From assembly GCA_965248265.1 (NCBI GenBank), contig CBDFJF010000002.1:3424001-3488000 (forward strand): 64,000 nt of DNA, given 5' to 3'. Origin of the DNA: Candidatus Latescibacterota bacterium (GTDB lineage: Bacteria; Latescibacterota; UBA2968; UBA8231). The notes below the pieces were generated by a model, which was not told where the DNA came from, ran no database searches, and worked only from the letters and a program-made list of their open reading frames with translations. A program made the position numbers and the translations under genes. This document shows positions 34,776-44,682 of the stretch, piece by piece; within the stretch, counting starts at the first letter, position 1; the number at the start of each line of letters is the position of its first letter.

Positions 34776-36779
34776 GTGCCAAATATAAGTAGGACCAAAA
34801 CGTGGTCGAGTGAGGAAACGCTAACGGCGTCTGATTTAAACGCCGAGTTCGATGGCATCCTCGCCGGGACCAACGACAACAGTCTCGATCAGGACAACCT
34901 CAGCAAGACCGACGACTACACGATGGCCACGATCATCGTGGGGTCGGGTATATCCTCAGCCGATGGGCAGCTCCATGTCCATCTGGCCAGCGCTGGCACT
35001 GTTGCTGCCAATGCTTCCTACAATGATGTCGTCATCGAGAACGACGCCGCCGCTGGGCTCACCTTCCTGACGCCTAACACGGCAGCGGCTGGCATCGTAT
35101 GGGGCGACCCCGAAGACAACGACATCGGCTCCATCCTCTACGATCACGCACAGAACGACTTCGCCTTTACTATCGCCGCGACCGGTGATGTGCTGGTGAT
35201 TTCATCCACGCTGGCCACGCTCAAGGCGCAACTGACGGTCGGCGTCGATGACACCGGCCATGACGTGCAATTCTTCGGGGCTACGGCTGGAGCACATCTG
35301 CTATGGGATGAATCTGCCGACACGCTCAAGCTGGTAGGCGCTGCGAAGACGGACATGCAGGGCACGCTGACGGTGGGGGTTGATGATACAGGTTACGATG
35401 TGCTGTTCTACGGAGCTACATCTGGGCAATTACTACAATGGGACGAGTCTGCCAACAGGTTGGGGGTAGGGTTGGCCCCCACTGATGGGAAGCTACATGT
35501 ACATACAGCGAGTGCAGGTTCTATTACCGCAAATGCTAACGCTGATGAGATAGTAGCAGAAAATAGCGGCCATGCCGGGATCAGCATCTTGTCAGGCAAT
35601 ACATCTGTTGGAAGTCTCTACTTCGGAGACGATGGGGATAATTTGGCCGGGGTGGTGAACTACGACCACAACACGAACATAATGAATGTAGGGACGGTGC
35701 AGGCGTCGGCTGTTACGCGGTTTTATAGTGCTGATGCCAATATAACGATGACACTTGACGCAGATGGTAAAGTCTTGAGTGGGGACGCCTTATCTGCTGG
35801 GGCAAAGACGGGTCTCGGAGGCCGAAATGCCGATTTTCAGATACTGAGCCAAACGGGTGGGTCTGCGGGCATTCAGTTGATGTCTGACAACAGTGGGCCA
35901 TTCATAGATTTTGTAAGCTCTAAGGCGAATGATGTCTTTGCAACATTCAGTAAGGCGAATGATGGAGACCAAGTTGGTAGTCTTAACTTTGGCATAGATG
36001 ATGGCACAGATTATAACAGTCGATGTGCTGAAATTCGCTGCTTAGTTGATGGAACCACAGGCACCAATGATACGCCCGGTAGGCTGTCCTTCCATACTAC
36101 TCCCGATGGGACGCAGGCCGTTGTTGAGCGCATGCGGATTGATAATGCTGGATTTGTAGGCATTGGAGATACTTCGCCAAGCTATCGACTTGAGGTAGCG
36201 ACCAGCACAACAGGAACGCAGGCTTTCAAGGTGGACCATTCCCATGCTACGGGACCGCATGGGATATATCTGCTTTTCTCGGGAGGTAGCCCTGATGACA
36301 ACTCGCAGCAGGCGTTCCAGTTCGCGGACTCAACCACAGCCCGTTGCTATATCTGGTCGGATGGAGACCTTGCCAATCACGACGGGACGTATGGGACAAT
36401 TTCGGATGTAAAATTCAAGCAAGATATTGTTCCCGCCAGATCATATTGGGATGATTTTAAGACGCTCAAATATTCCAAATGGAGGGACATTGATGATGTA
36501 GCTAAAGACCCAGACGCTCCGTATAGGCTTGGTCTTATTGCGCAGGACGTTGAATCAGTTTTCCCCGCGTGCGTTCCAGAGTCTCCAGATTCTGAGTGGT
36601 TTGATAGGGAGGTTACCGAGACGGACGAGGATGGAAACGAATCTACAAGGATAAAAAAGGAGCGCAGAGAAACCTCCACTACCCATAAATGGGTCAAATC
36701 TTCAATCATCGAAGGGCCAATAATGGCAAGAGTTGTGCAAGAGCTACAGGCCCGCGTTGAGGCATTGGAGTCAGCGTGA
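34776..36779 (+). CDS. Tail fibre with C-terminal intramolecular chaperone (peptidase S74-like)
   Basis: LTASDLNAEFD anchor, ERMRIDNAGFVGIG, SDVKFKQDI, GLIAQDVE.VFP, VQELQARVEALE. Confidence 0.9.
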   Translation: MPNISRTKTWSSEETLTASDLNAEFDGILAGTNDNSLDQDNLSKTDDYTMATIIVGSGISSADGQLHVHLASAGTVAANASYNDVVIENDAAAGLTFLTPNTAAAGIVWGDPEDNDIGSILYDHAQNDFAFTIAATGDVLVISSTLATLKAQLTVGVDDTGHDVQFFGATAGAHLLWDESADTLKLVGAAKTDMQGTLTVGVDDTGYDVLFYGATSGQLLQWDESANRLGVGLAPTDGKLHVHTASAGSITANANADEIVAENSGHAGISILSGNTSVGSLYFGDDGDNLAGVVNYDHNTNIMNVGTVQASAVTRFYSADANITMTLDADGKVLSGDALSAGAKTGLGGRNADFQILSQTGGSAGIQLMSDNSGPFIDFVSSKANDVFATFSKANDGDQVGSLNFGIDDGTDYNSRCAEIRCLVDGTTGTNDTPGRLSFHTTPDGTQAVVERMRIDNAGFVGIGDTSPSYRLEVATSTTGTQAFKVDHSHATGPHGIYLLFSGGSPDDNSQQAFQFADSTTARCYIWSDGDLANHDGTYGTISDVKFKQDIVPARSYWDDFKTLKYSKWRDIDDVAKDPDAPYRLGLIAQDVESVFPACVPESPDSEWFDREVTETDEDGNESTRIKKERRETSTTHKWVKSSIIEGPIMARVVQELQARVEALESA

Positions 36780-36982
36780 ACGGCAAGCTGGCCAACGGCA
36801 ACCTGCTTTCGCACTGGGTGCCCATCGGTGCCGTGCTGCTGGCGCTGGGCGCTGCCTTCAGCGTCGGTGCGGTGTACTCGCAGCTGAGCGCAAAGGTAGA
36901 GCTGCACGCCCATCCCGCCATGATGAAAGAGCTGGGCGAGATCAAGGAAATGGTCGCCCGCATAGATGAGAGGACGAAGTAG
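36776..36982 (+). CDS. Small membrane protein (holin-like or lysis accessory)
   Basis: One TM helix plus coiled coil. Confidence 0.55.
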   Translation: MNGKLANGNLLSHWVPIGAVLLALGAAFSVGAVYSQLSAKVELHAHPAMMKELGEIKEMVARIDERTK

Positions 36983-37273
36983 ATGGCAACCAACGCCAAC
37001 ATCAAGGACGCGCTGACCTTCCCTACGCCAGCGGAGGGCGGCAACCATCCCACCTCTGCGGTCGGGCGCACGATAGACAACACTCAGCTGACCCGCTTCT
37101 CGACCGCCCTGGCCAACACCTACACGTTCGTGGATGACTTGGGGGCACCCCGCGCTGTCACCGCTGACGATGCCGCCGCGTGGTTGTGGAAGGAGGCGGC
37201 AGCCTTTACCAAGACCGACGAGCGCAAGCAGGCTGAGCTGGCCGCTGCGCAACCTGCAGAGCTGGACGCATAA
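36983..37273 (+). CDS. Hypothetical protein
   Basis: Operonic ORF. Confidence 0.6.
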   Translation: MATNANIKDALTFPTPAEGGNHPTSAVGRTIDNTQLTRFSTALANTYTFVDDLGAPRAVTADDAAAWLWKEAAAFTKTDERKQAELAAAQPAELDA

Positions 37274-37303
37274 AGGAGGGCATGGGAGTAGAGAGTACCG
37301 TAC

Positions 37304-37522
37304 GTGAGCGAGCAAATTGCTGGATTAGAAAAGGAACTCAACGAGCGCATCAGTGCGCTCGTCAACGCGGATGCCCGCTGTAGCTATCTGCGTGGTAAGC
37401 TGGAGGTGCTGCAGCAACTCAACGGAGAGGATGGAGGGCCAACCTTGTCGGTCACGAGCACCAACCAGGAGGGGGGTGTGACGGCAGCGGTGGTGGATGG
37501 GAGTGAGGAAGCCGATGCGTGA
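37304..37522 (+). CDS. Hypothetical protein
   Basis: Operonic ORF. Confidence 0.55.
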   Translation: MSEQIAGLEKELNERISALVNADARCSYLRGKLEVLQQLNGEDGGPTLSVTSTNQEGGVTAAVVDGSEEADA

Positions 37523-37701
37523 TAAACTTTTTGATCGAACGTACCAAGTCTCTGGTCAGCAAGAAGCTGGGTGCCGCCGTGGCAGGCGAGGTTATCGTGG
37601 CCACAGCCAACCCCGAGCTGACGGGCTGGCCGCTGATCGCCTACATCATCGTCCAGGGGTTGGTTGACCTAGGTAAGTGCTATATCGAGAAGGGCGAGTG
37701 A
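37519..37701 (+). CDS. Putative holin
   Basis: SKKL..AV...hydrophobic...AYIIVQGLVD resembles small two-TM holins. Confidence 0.55.
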   Translation: MINFLIERTKSLVSKKLGAAVAGEVIVATANPELTGWPLIAYIIVQGLVDLGKCYIEKGE

Positions 37702-37711
37702 ACCCTTCGTC

Positions 37712-37894
37712 ATGGAGGCTCGCAAGAAGGTCCGTGAGGGCCAGCGGGATGTTACCACGCTGGTGGTGGGTGCCGTGGTGACCCTGGTGTCCAAGATATT
37801 CGATATCGAGGACCCCGAAGTTACCGGTGCCCTCACCACCCTGCTCATCATCACCTGTCACCGCTCGGTGCCCGACGTAGCCAAGCGCCGCTGA
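37712..37894 (+). CDS. Small membrane protein
   Basis: Two hydrophobic segments. Confidence 0.5.
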   Translation: MEARKKVREGQRDVTTLVVGAVVTLVSKIFDIEDPEVTGALTTLLIITCHRSVPDVAKRR

Positions 37895-38025
37895 TGCGTT
37901 CGTGGTGGGCTTCGTGCTGTTGGGGTGTGGGTGGGGGGTGGTCTATGGGCTGCTTGGGTTGATCGTCCATCAACAGTGGAAGGAACTCAACCGCCCCGTG
38001 AACGCGAGCCCACGGGGCGGCTTGT

Positions 38026-39135
38026 TTACACGCTGGTTATTTGTTCGTCGAAGACCTTGAACTTCTTGGCAATGATGTCGTCTCGGGTGGTCATGTAGCG
38101 GCGGGTCATTTCAATCTTGGCGTGACCCAACAGCCGCTGCACCTCTTCCAGCTTCAGTCCCGACTCACACCAGCGGGTGGCCGCCGTGTGGCGCAGCATG
38201 TGAAAGTGCACGTGGCCGATGCCCGCCGCCTTGCCCGCCGTTTTGAGCGAGCGCTGGATGTTGATGTGGGGCAACGGCGGTAAGTCGCGCTGGTTGGAGA
38301 GGGCCAGCGCCGCCCGTTCGCGCAGCGCTTCGCGCACCCGGCTGGTCATGGGCACGTGGCGCTCGCGCCCGGTCTTGGTCCCCTTGCCATCCCAGGAGTC
38401 GTTGACCAGGATGCGGTTGCCCTCAAAATCTACCTTCTCCCAGGTCAAACTCATCAGCTCGCCGCGCCGCAAGCCGGTATCGACGGCCACCATGGCGATC
38501 AGGTGGGCATGGGGGCTGTCCTCGTTGCCTGCAAGCTGGGCCAACAGCTGGGCTGTTTGCTGTTCGGTCAGCGCCCGCGCCTCCACGTCCATGTAGTCGG
38601 GCTCGCGCTGCCGCTGCAGGCAGCGGGGGCCTGCCGGGTTGGTGCGGATGAGCTTTTTCTTATAACACCAGCCAAACAGGGCCGCCAAGCATGTTACCAT
38701 GGTATTGTAGGCCGAGGCGGACAGCTCCTGGTCTGGGTCTTTGAGGGGTTCCTGCTCATCCAACCAGTCCTGCAGGCGGGGGGTCGTCAACGAGCGCAGC
38801 TGCGTGGTGCCCAGCTGCGGCAGCAAGCGAGCGCTGAAGAAGTAGCGGTACGAACTCCAGGTGATGGGCCGCCACTGGTCGTACTCCTTCTCGAAGCGCA
38901 CCAGGGCTTGGGCCACGGTGATGGAGGATTCGCTGACAAACTCGCCCTTGTGCTCCAGCTCGTCGTTGATCTGGCGGGCCACGCGGGTGGCCCCGGTGAC
39001 ACTCATGCACTCGGTGTTGTGCTGGCGCTTGCGCCCGCCGTCGCGCCAGTGGGCCTGCCACACCCCCGTGCCCTTCGACTGCTTGAGGCGGACCCGGCCC
39101 ACACGGTGGGCTTCGGGTTGCTTATCCTGCCCCAT
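38026..39135 (-). CDS. int: Phage tyrosine integrase
   Basis: Arm-binding N-terminus, GLRRGEL, TKTG, HMLRH, LGH, TRRY catalytic residues; GGAGG RBS before ATG 39135; adjacent to tRNA. Confidence 0.95.
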   Translation of the reverse strand: MGQDKQPEAHRVGRVRLKQSKGTGVWQAHWRDGGRKRQHNTECMSVTGATRVARQINDELEHKGEFVSESSITVAQALVRFEKEYDQWRPITWSSYRYFFSARLLPQLGTTQLRSLTTPRLQDWLDEQEPLKDPDQELSASAYNTMVTCLAALFGWCYKKKLIRTNPAGPRCLQRQREPDYMDVEARALTEQQTAQLLAQLAGNEDSPHAHLIAMVAVDTGLRRGELMSLTWEKVDFEGNRILVNDSWDGKGTKTGRERHVPMTSRVREALRERAALALSNQRDLPPLPHINIQRSLKTAGKAAGIGHVHFHMLRHTAATRWCESGLKLEEVQRLLGHAKIEMTRRYMTTRDDIIAKKFKVFDEQITSV

Positions 39136-39363
39136 GATGTATGTTCCTCCTGTTGTGAAAAGCGACCCCGTTGGGGGCTCGCCGTTGACGCTAACACGAA
39201 TCAATATACGATGAAAAAAGCCCGAGCGCATCAAAAAAACTGCCGAATTGCTCCCGTTTCCACCGTGCGTCTCTCTCTGAGGGCCATTGCGCCAGGGCAT
39301 GAAGTGGCTATGGGGCAGGCAGGTGATAAGTGACTGTGTTTCATCTGGTTTACAGAGGTTGGA

Positions 39364-39438
39364 GCGGGAGTAGCTCAGGGGCAGAGCACGAGCTTCCCAA
39401 GCTTGATGTCGCGGGTTCGACTCCCGTCTCCCGCTCCA
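39364..39438 (+). tRNA. tRNA-Gly(CCC), probable prophage attachment site
   Basis: Canonical cloverleaf GCGGGAG...CTCCCGC-T-CCA, loop TT-CCC-AA. Confidence 0.97.
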
Positions 39439-39499
39439 GTAATTCTCCTTCGATGTATTTCATCCCAGTGCCCTACCTCCCTCTCGTTGAGAGCCTGTC

Positions 39500-40657
39500 G
39501 TGAACACGATTCGATCGCTAATGCGCACCGTGATGGTGTTGTCGGCTGTGGTTACAGGATGTGGACCGAAGCAGCTGCCTCCCGAGTCGCCGCTGGATAC
39601 GCCAGAAGCGCACTACCGGACCGGTCTTGACCGCTTTGAGCGTGGTGACTTGTGGATTGCCGAAGCCGAGTTTGAGCGTGCACGGGGTCTGGACCCGGAC
39701 TTTCCCGGCGTCTTTGTGGGCAGTGCATTGATCGCCATGAGCCGGGAGGATTACTGGCAAGCGTACCAGGAATTGGAGCAGGCGATCCACAAGGACAAGT
39801 CCTTCACCGACGCCTACATCGTCCGCGGGAGAGTCGCGGCAGCAGAGGGCGTTGGCAAGGGAATCTCGGTAGACGCCTGGCTGCCGATTGCGCTAAAGGC
39901 ATACCAACAGGCGGCCAAGCTCAACCCAGAGCGCCCCGATATCTATTTCCATCGCGGCAGGACGCTGTTGAAGGCCAACGAGCTCGAATCCGCCCGGATG
40001 TCGTTCACCGAGGTGATAAAGCTCAACAAGGGTCCGTTGGTGAAGGAGGCCATGGTCGAGGTGGAACGCATTCAGGCGATAGAGCGTGCCAGCCCGGGCT
40101 CGAAGTTGGGGATCAAAATCGCCCTCGTTGACGAGATTACAAGGGCAGAACTGGCGGTACTGTTACTGGAGGAATTGCAGCTCGCCGAGCTCATAGAGCA
40201 GAGAGGTCGGGGTGCTCCAGCAAGACCTCCCTTCGCGCCTCCGGGTCCGGAATCACAGGCCAACGTCCACCCGGTGGATGCCGTCACTTCGTGGGCGCGA
40301 CCATGGATAGAAGAAGTACTGGCGCTGGGTGTTCCCGGGTTCGAGCTGATGCCTGACCAGACCTTCCGGCCCGATGAGCCCGTTACCCGAGCTAACTACG
40401 CCCGAGTGACCGCAGGGATTCTTACGTTGATAACCGGGGATCCCGAGTTGGCAACCATGTACGTCGGAAATACGTCGACGTTCCCGGACGTGCGGAGTGA
40501 TTCATACGCCTTCAATGCGATCGCCCTCAACGTCGATCGGGGCATCATCTCCGTGGACAAAGTCAGCGGCCGCTTTCGGCCAAATGATACCGTCACGGGT
40601 GCAGAGGCATTGCTTATTGTCCGGGAGCTACAAAACGCGGTGCGCATGGAGTTTTGA
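39500..40657 (+). CDS. TPR and S-layer homology (SLH) domain lipoprotein
   Basis: Lipobox-like VVTGC, TPR helices, FRPDEPVTRA and FRPNDTVTGAEA SLH motifs. Confidence 0.8.
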   Translation: MNTIRSLMRTVMVLSAVVTGCGPKQLPPESPLDTPEAHYRTGLDRFERGDLWIAEAEFERARGLDPDFPGVFVGSALIAMSREDYWQAYQELEQAIHKDKSFTDAYIVRGRVAAAEGVGKGISVDAWLPIALKAYQQAAKLNPERPDIYFHRGRTLLKANELESARMSFTEVIKLNKGPLVKEAMVEVERIQAIERASPGSKLGIKIALVDEITRAELAVLLLEELQLAELIEQRGRGAPARPPFAPPGPESQANVHPVDAVTSWARPWIEEVLALGVPGFELMPDQTFRPDEPVTRANYARVTAGILTLITGDPELATMYVGNTSTFPDVRSDSYAFNAIALNVDRGIISVDKVSGRFRPNDTVTGAEALLIVRELQNAVRMEF

Positions 40658-41889
40658 ACCAGGTACTACCCGTTCCCTCTAACCTCAACATGCTACGAGT
40701 TTCCATTCGATGGGCGTGTATGGCCGCTCTCGGCATCGGCTTGCTGTCGCCCATCATCAGTTCCTCACCGGCGCATGCGGGCACCGCAAAGACGGTGAGG
40801 GTGACCGGTATGTCCGCCGTGTACGACGGCGACATGGCCGCCGCCTTCGAAGCGGCCAAGAAGTCCGCCCTGCGGCTGGCGGTGGAGGAGGCGATTGGTG
40901 TGTTGGTTTCGGCTCGAACACGTGTGGCCAATTTCGCCGTCATCGACGACGACATTCTGTCGGCAACCACGGGCTACGTGCGGTCCTTCGAGGTGGTGAG
41001 CCAGGGAAGTAACACCAAAGGCGTGTATGAGGTCGTAATCGAAGCGGCGGTCGATCTCGGGGAGCTGCACAGTCAACTCGACGCGCTGGATCTGCTGTTG
41101 GAAGAAGCCGGAAGGCCACGCCTCATATGCGTCGGCGGCGAGTACGTGTTGTCCAATGCGGGTTCCTCGAGAGTGAAGTGGGGCCGCCTGTGCGGGGAGT
41201 TGGGGGCGAGGCTCGCATCGCTGGGCACAGATCTCTTCCAGATTGATGATTTTCATGATGGCGGAGCATCGGAAGACGCAAGTTCGATAGCGGCAACGCC
41301 CTCTGCCAAAGCCGGCGGGATGGCTGAGATTCTAATCGTCGCAACGGCGAGCCTGCAGGCCAATCAAGGCCTATCCTTGCCATTCAGCGATCGTGGCTTG
41401 TCGGATGTTGGGATTCAGTCGGTTGTCGCCGAGATCTCCGCGCGAGCACAGTGGTCGGACACCGGTGAAACACTGGCTTCGGCCACGGCGACCGGTCGAG
41501 GGGCCGACACCTCTTTTCGGACGGCGGCGACGTCAGCGATCGCCGATGCTGCCCCGAAGGTTGCCGAGCAGCTCGGTAGCGCCTTGGTGGAGAAGCTGCG
41601 TTCGAAGTTGTATGATGGGCGTTTGATCGACCTGGAAGTCACTTCTGAGAATGCTCGACAATTACAAACCTTCGAAGCCGAGGTGAATGAGGGCATCGGT
41701 GCGGTCGAGAGACTCTACCCCAAGACACGGTCGCGGACGGATGCGAGTTATCACGCGAGTTATCAGGCACGCTCCAAGGGAACAGCGTTCGATCTCGCGC
41801 GCGAGTTCGCGGCCAAGGGTGTGCCCGAGATGGAAGTTGACATCGTCCGCGTCACCTTGAATTCAATGACCTTGCATCTTTCCGAATGA
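40654..41889 (+). CDS. Secreted protein with FlgT N-terminal-like domain
   Basis: Signal peptide; A...A...ALR.AVEEAIGV.V.A.T.V.NF....D.I.....GYV; start uncertain. Confidence 0.65.
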   Translation: MNQVLPVPSNLNMLRVSIRWACMAALGIGLLSPIISSSPAHAGTAKTVRVTGMSAVYDGDMAAAFEAAKKSALRLAVEEAIGVLVSARTRVANFAVIDDDILSATTGYVRSFEVVSQGSNTKGVYEVVIEAAVDLGELHSQLDALDLLLEEAGRPRLICVGGEYVLSNAGSSRVKWGRLCGELGARLASLGTDLFQIDDFHDGGASEDASSIAATPSAKAGGMAEILIVATASLQANQGLSLPFSDRGLSDVGIQSVVAEISARAQWSDTGETLASATATGRGADTSFRTAATSAIADAAPKVAEQLGSALVEKLRSKLYDGRLIDLEVTSENARQLQTFEAEVNEGIGAVERLYPKTRSRTDASYHASYQARSKGTAFDLAREFAAKGVPEMEVDIVRVTLNSMTLHLSE

Positions 41890-43253
41890 TTGCGATCAAA
41901 GACATCGAACCAGGCACACTGGGGGAGCGCGCGGGCTTCGTGCGCGGTGATCGCATTTTGAGGATCAACGGGGCGGCCATTGACGATCTGATCGATTTTC
42001 AAGTGAACAGCTCGGAGGACGTGCTGACCATCGAAGTAGAGCGCGCTGAGGAGGTGTACGAGCTCGAAGTAGAGCGCGCCGCGGGAGAGTCCTTCGGCCT
42101 TTCGTTCGAAGAGATGCGCCTGCGGCGGTGCAACAACAAGTGTGTGTTCTGTTTCCTGCACCAAATGCCGGGCGGCATGCGCCGCAGCCTGTATTTCGAG
42201 GACGACGACTACCGACTTTCCTTCTTGCATGGTTCCTACGTGACGCTCACCAACATCGCTGACAAGGACCTCGAGCGCATCGCCGAACAGAGGTTGTCAC
42301 CGCAGTACATTTCCGTACATGCCACGGACCCTGAGCTCCGGCAGCAGATGCTGGGGCGTCGCAAGGTGACTCCGTCGATACTGTCGCGTATCGATTGGTT
42401 GGCAGCGCATGACATCGAGATGCACGTCCAGGTGGTTCTGTGTCCGGGATGGAACGATGGAGAGGCGTTGGAGCACACTCTAAACGATCTCAAAGGCTAC
42501 TATCCAGCCGTCAGGTCCGTCGCCCTCGTCCCGGTGGGCCTTACTCGGTTCCGCTCGCATCTTCCCGAGCTGCAGGCGGTGGACGATCACAAGGCTGCGG
42601 AGTACCTGGAGCAGGCCGAGGGGTGGGGTGATCGATGCCGTGATGAGCTCGGCGAACGCATGGTGTTTGCAGCGGACGAGCTCTTCCTGCGATGCCGCGG
42701 TACTGTTCCGGACGCCGGTTACTACAGCGATTTCCCACAGATAGAGAACGGGATCGGCATCGTACGGGATTTTCTCGACTCGTGGGAAGCGGGCCGGACG
42801 ACCCTGCCTGAGTCTATTCTTCCGGAGCGCTTGCACCTGGCTGTGGTCACGGGACAACTGGCGCGCCTGTTTCTGGCGCCGGCGATCGCCCAGGCCCAGC
42901 AGATTGCTGGTCTACGGATCGAGTTGATTGCTTTGGAGAACGATTACTTCGGCCATGGCATCACGGTCTCCGGTTTGCTCACCGGAGCTGACATTGAGAC
43001 GCGCATCAGGGGCGGCGCGTGGGATTTGGTATTATTGCCACCCAATTGTATAAACGGTGACGGCTTGACCCTCGACGATGTGACCATACCTGAGTTGGAG
43101 CGGCGATGTGGGGTACCCATCACTGTTGGGGACTACGATCTCGCCGCGACGCTCAAGCGTTGCGTGGTGGGTGGGGAAGCCAAGTTGCACGGTCGGGGCA
43201 GACAGCTCTCGGAGTTGGGATTTACGATCAAAAGCGAGGGGGGAGCCTCGTAG
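41886..43253 (+). CDS. PDZ plus radical-SAM-like DUF512 protein
   Basis: CNNKCVFCF..Q.P.GMR.SLY..DDDYRLSFL.G; QIENGIG; usual neighbour of der. Confidence 0.9.
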   Translation: MIAIKDIEPGTLGERAGFVRGDRILRINGAAIDDLIDFQVNSSEDVLTIEVERAEEVYELEVERAAGESFGLSFEEMRLRRCNNKCVFCFLHQMPGGMRRSLYFEDDDYRLSFLHGSYVTLTNIADKDLERIAEQRLSPQYISVHATDPELRQQMLGRRKVTPSILSRIDWLAAHDIEMHVQVVLCPGWNDGEALEHTLNDLKGYYPAVRSVALVPVGLTRFRSHLPELQAVDDHKAAEYLEQAEGWGDRCRDELGERMVFAADELFLRCRGTVPDAGYYSDFPQIENGIGIVRDFLDSWEAGRTTLPESILPERLHLAVVTGQLARLFLAPAIAQAQQIAGLRIELIALENDYFGHGITVSGLLTGADIETRIRGGAWDLVLLPPNCINGDGLTLDDVTIPELERRCGVPITVGDYDLAATLKRCVVGGEAKLHGRGRQLSELGFTIKSEGGAS

Positions 43254-43260
43254 GCCGCCG

Positions 43261-44637
43261 ATGGATGTCGGCGACAGCCTGTCAGGGCGAACAGCACCTT
43301 CAGCCCCCTGGAAACGCCCGCTCGTCGTCATTGTCGGGAGGCCCAATGTTGGCAAGTCAACACTGTTCAACCGTCTTGCCGGAGGGCGCAGGGCGATCAC
43401 GGACGACCAGCCGGGAGTCACCCGTGATTGTGTATTCGCCCAAGTTGAGTGGGGAGGCCGCGAATTCACCCTGGTGGATACCGGAGGCTTCCTGCCGCGC
43501 TCCAAGGATGCTATAGAGCAGGCAGTCCGGCACCAGGCGGAGCGCGTCTTGGAGGAGGCTGACCTCGCTGTGTTGGTATGTGACGGTACCAGCGGAGTGA
43601 CCGATATGGACGCGGACGTGGCCGAGGTATTGCGCCGTCGTTCCCGACCCAGTGTCGTCGTCGTCAACAAGCTTGACGCTCCCGAACACGGTCGCTTCGG
43701 TGGGGACGAGTTCTACGCCTTGGGGTTGGGCGATCCTGTCGGGGTTTCGGCGGCAACGGGCAGACGCTCCGGGGACCTTCTGGATGCCATCGTCGAACAG
43801 TGTGCTGACCCGTTGGTCGAGCAAACCGAGCCCTCGAGCTGCATTCGGGTCGTGATCAGCGGCCGGCCCAACGTGGGCAAATCGACCCTAGTCAATCATC
43901 TCGTCGGGGACCAGGTTCGAATCGTTCACGACAGCCCGGGAACCACGAGGGATTCTGCCGATGTTCGCTTCGAGTGGTCGGGCCAGGATATCGTACTCAT
44001 CGACACTGCTGGCCTACGCCGGCGTGCCAAGATCGACAACCAGATCGAATACTACAGCACCCTGCGAGCCAGCAGAAGCATTGCCAGTGCCGATGTGGCC
44101 ATCATCCTTCTTGATGCCTTGGAGGGCCCGACGCTGCAGGATGGTCGTATCATGGCGCAGGTGATGGAGGCCGGCAGGGCGATGGTGGTTGCTCTCAACA
44201 AATGGGACGAAGTAGATCCTGAACGTCGTGATGTTGAGGTGGTTACCGAAGATCTACGGGCGCGATTTCCCTTTCTTCTAGACTTTCCGGTTATTACTAT
44301 TTCGGCTCTTACAGGAAGGCGCGTGCGAAGGCTCCTGGACAGCGCACTGCAGGTGCATGGGAGTTACACGACTCGAATTCCAACGGCGACCTTGAATGCA
44401 TGTATCAGTGCCGCGACCACTCAGTTGGCGCCGACCGGACAGGGTCGGGAAATCAAGATACTGTATGCTACCCAACACGGAGTCGCCCCTCCGACGTTTA
44501 TCATTTTCGCGAACCGTCCAGATCTGATCACTGATGCCTACAAGCGATATCTCGAGAAAAGCCTGCGCCGGGAGTTCGGTTTTGACGGAACCCCTCTGCG
44601 TCTATTCCTGCGACGGCGCAAAGGGCGTAGTAACTGA
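43261..44637 (+). CDS. der: Ribosome biogenesis GTPase Der
   Basis: Two GRPNVGKST P-loops, DTGG/DTAG, KH-like C-terminus. Confidence 0.97.
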   Translation: MDVGDSLSGRTAPSAPWKRPLVVIVGRPNVGKSTLFNRLAGGRRAITDDQPGVTRDCVFAQVEWGGREFTLVDTGGFLPRSKDAIEQAVRHQAERVLEEADLAVLVCDGTSGVTDMDADVAEVLRRRSRPSVVVVNKLDAPEHGRFGGDEFYALGLGDPVGVSAATGRRSGDLLDAIVEQCADPLVEQTEPSSCIRVVISGRPNVGKSTLVNHLVGDQVRIVHDSPGTTRDSADVRFEWSGQDIVLIDTAGLRRRAKIDNQIEYYSTLRASRSIASADVAIILLDALEGPTLQDGRIMAQVMEAGRAMVVALNKWDEVDPERRDVEVVTEDLRARFPFLLDFPVITISALTGRRVRRLLDSALQVHGSYTTRIPTATLNACISAATTQLAPTGQGREIKILYATQHGVAPPTFIIFANRPDLITDAYKRYLEKSLRREFGFDGTPLRLFLRRRKGRSN

Positions 44638-44682
44638 GACCCGGGTGGAGGATGCACGGATGGAAGCGACTGGAGCCACATC

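Larger units (their letters stand above)
1..39360. mobile_element. Prophage (temperate, podovirus-like gene order); left end outside window
   Basis: Terminase, portal, capsid, tail fibre, SSB, ERF and tyrosine integrase genes; ends at tRNA-Gly, followed by host housekeeping genes; no tape-measure or sheath gene recognised. Confidence 0.93.

Noticed and set aside
38356-39333. 325-aa + strand ORF, and similar long antisense ORFs (36377-37315, 47580-48773, 32789-33589)
   Set aside because: Shadow frames opposite well-supported genes in GC-rich DNA, with no motifs
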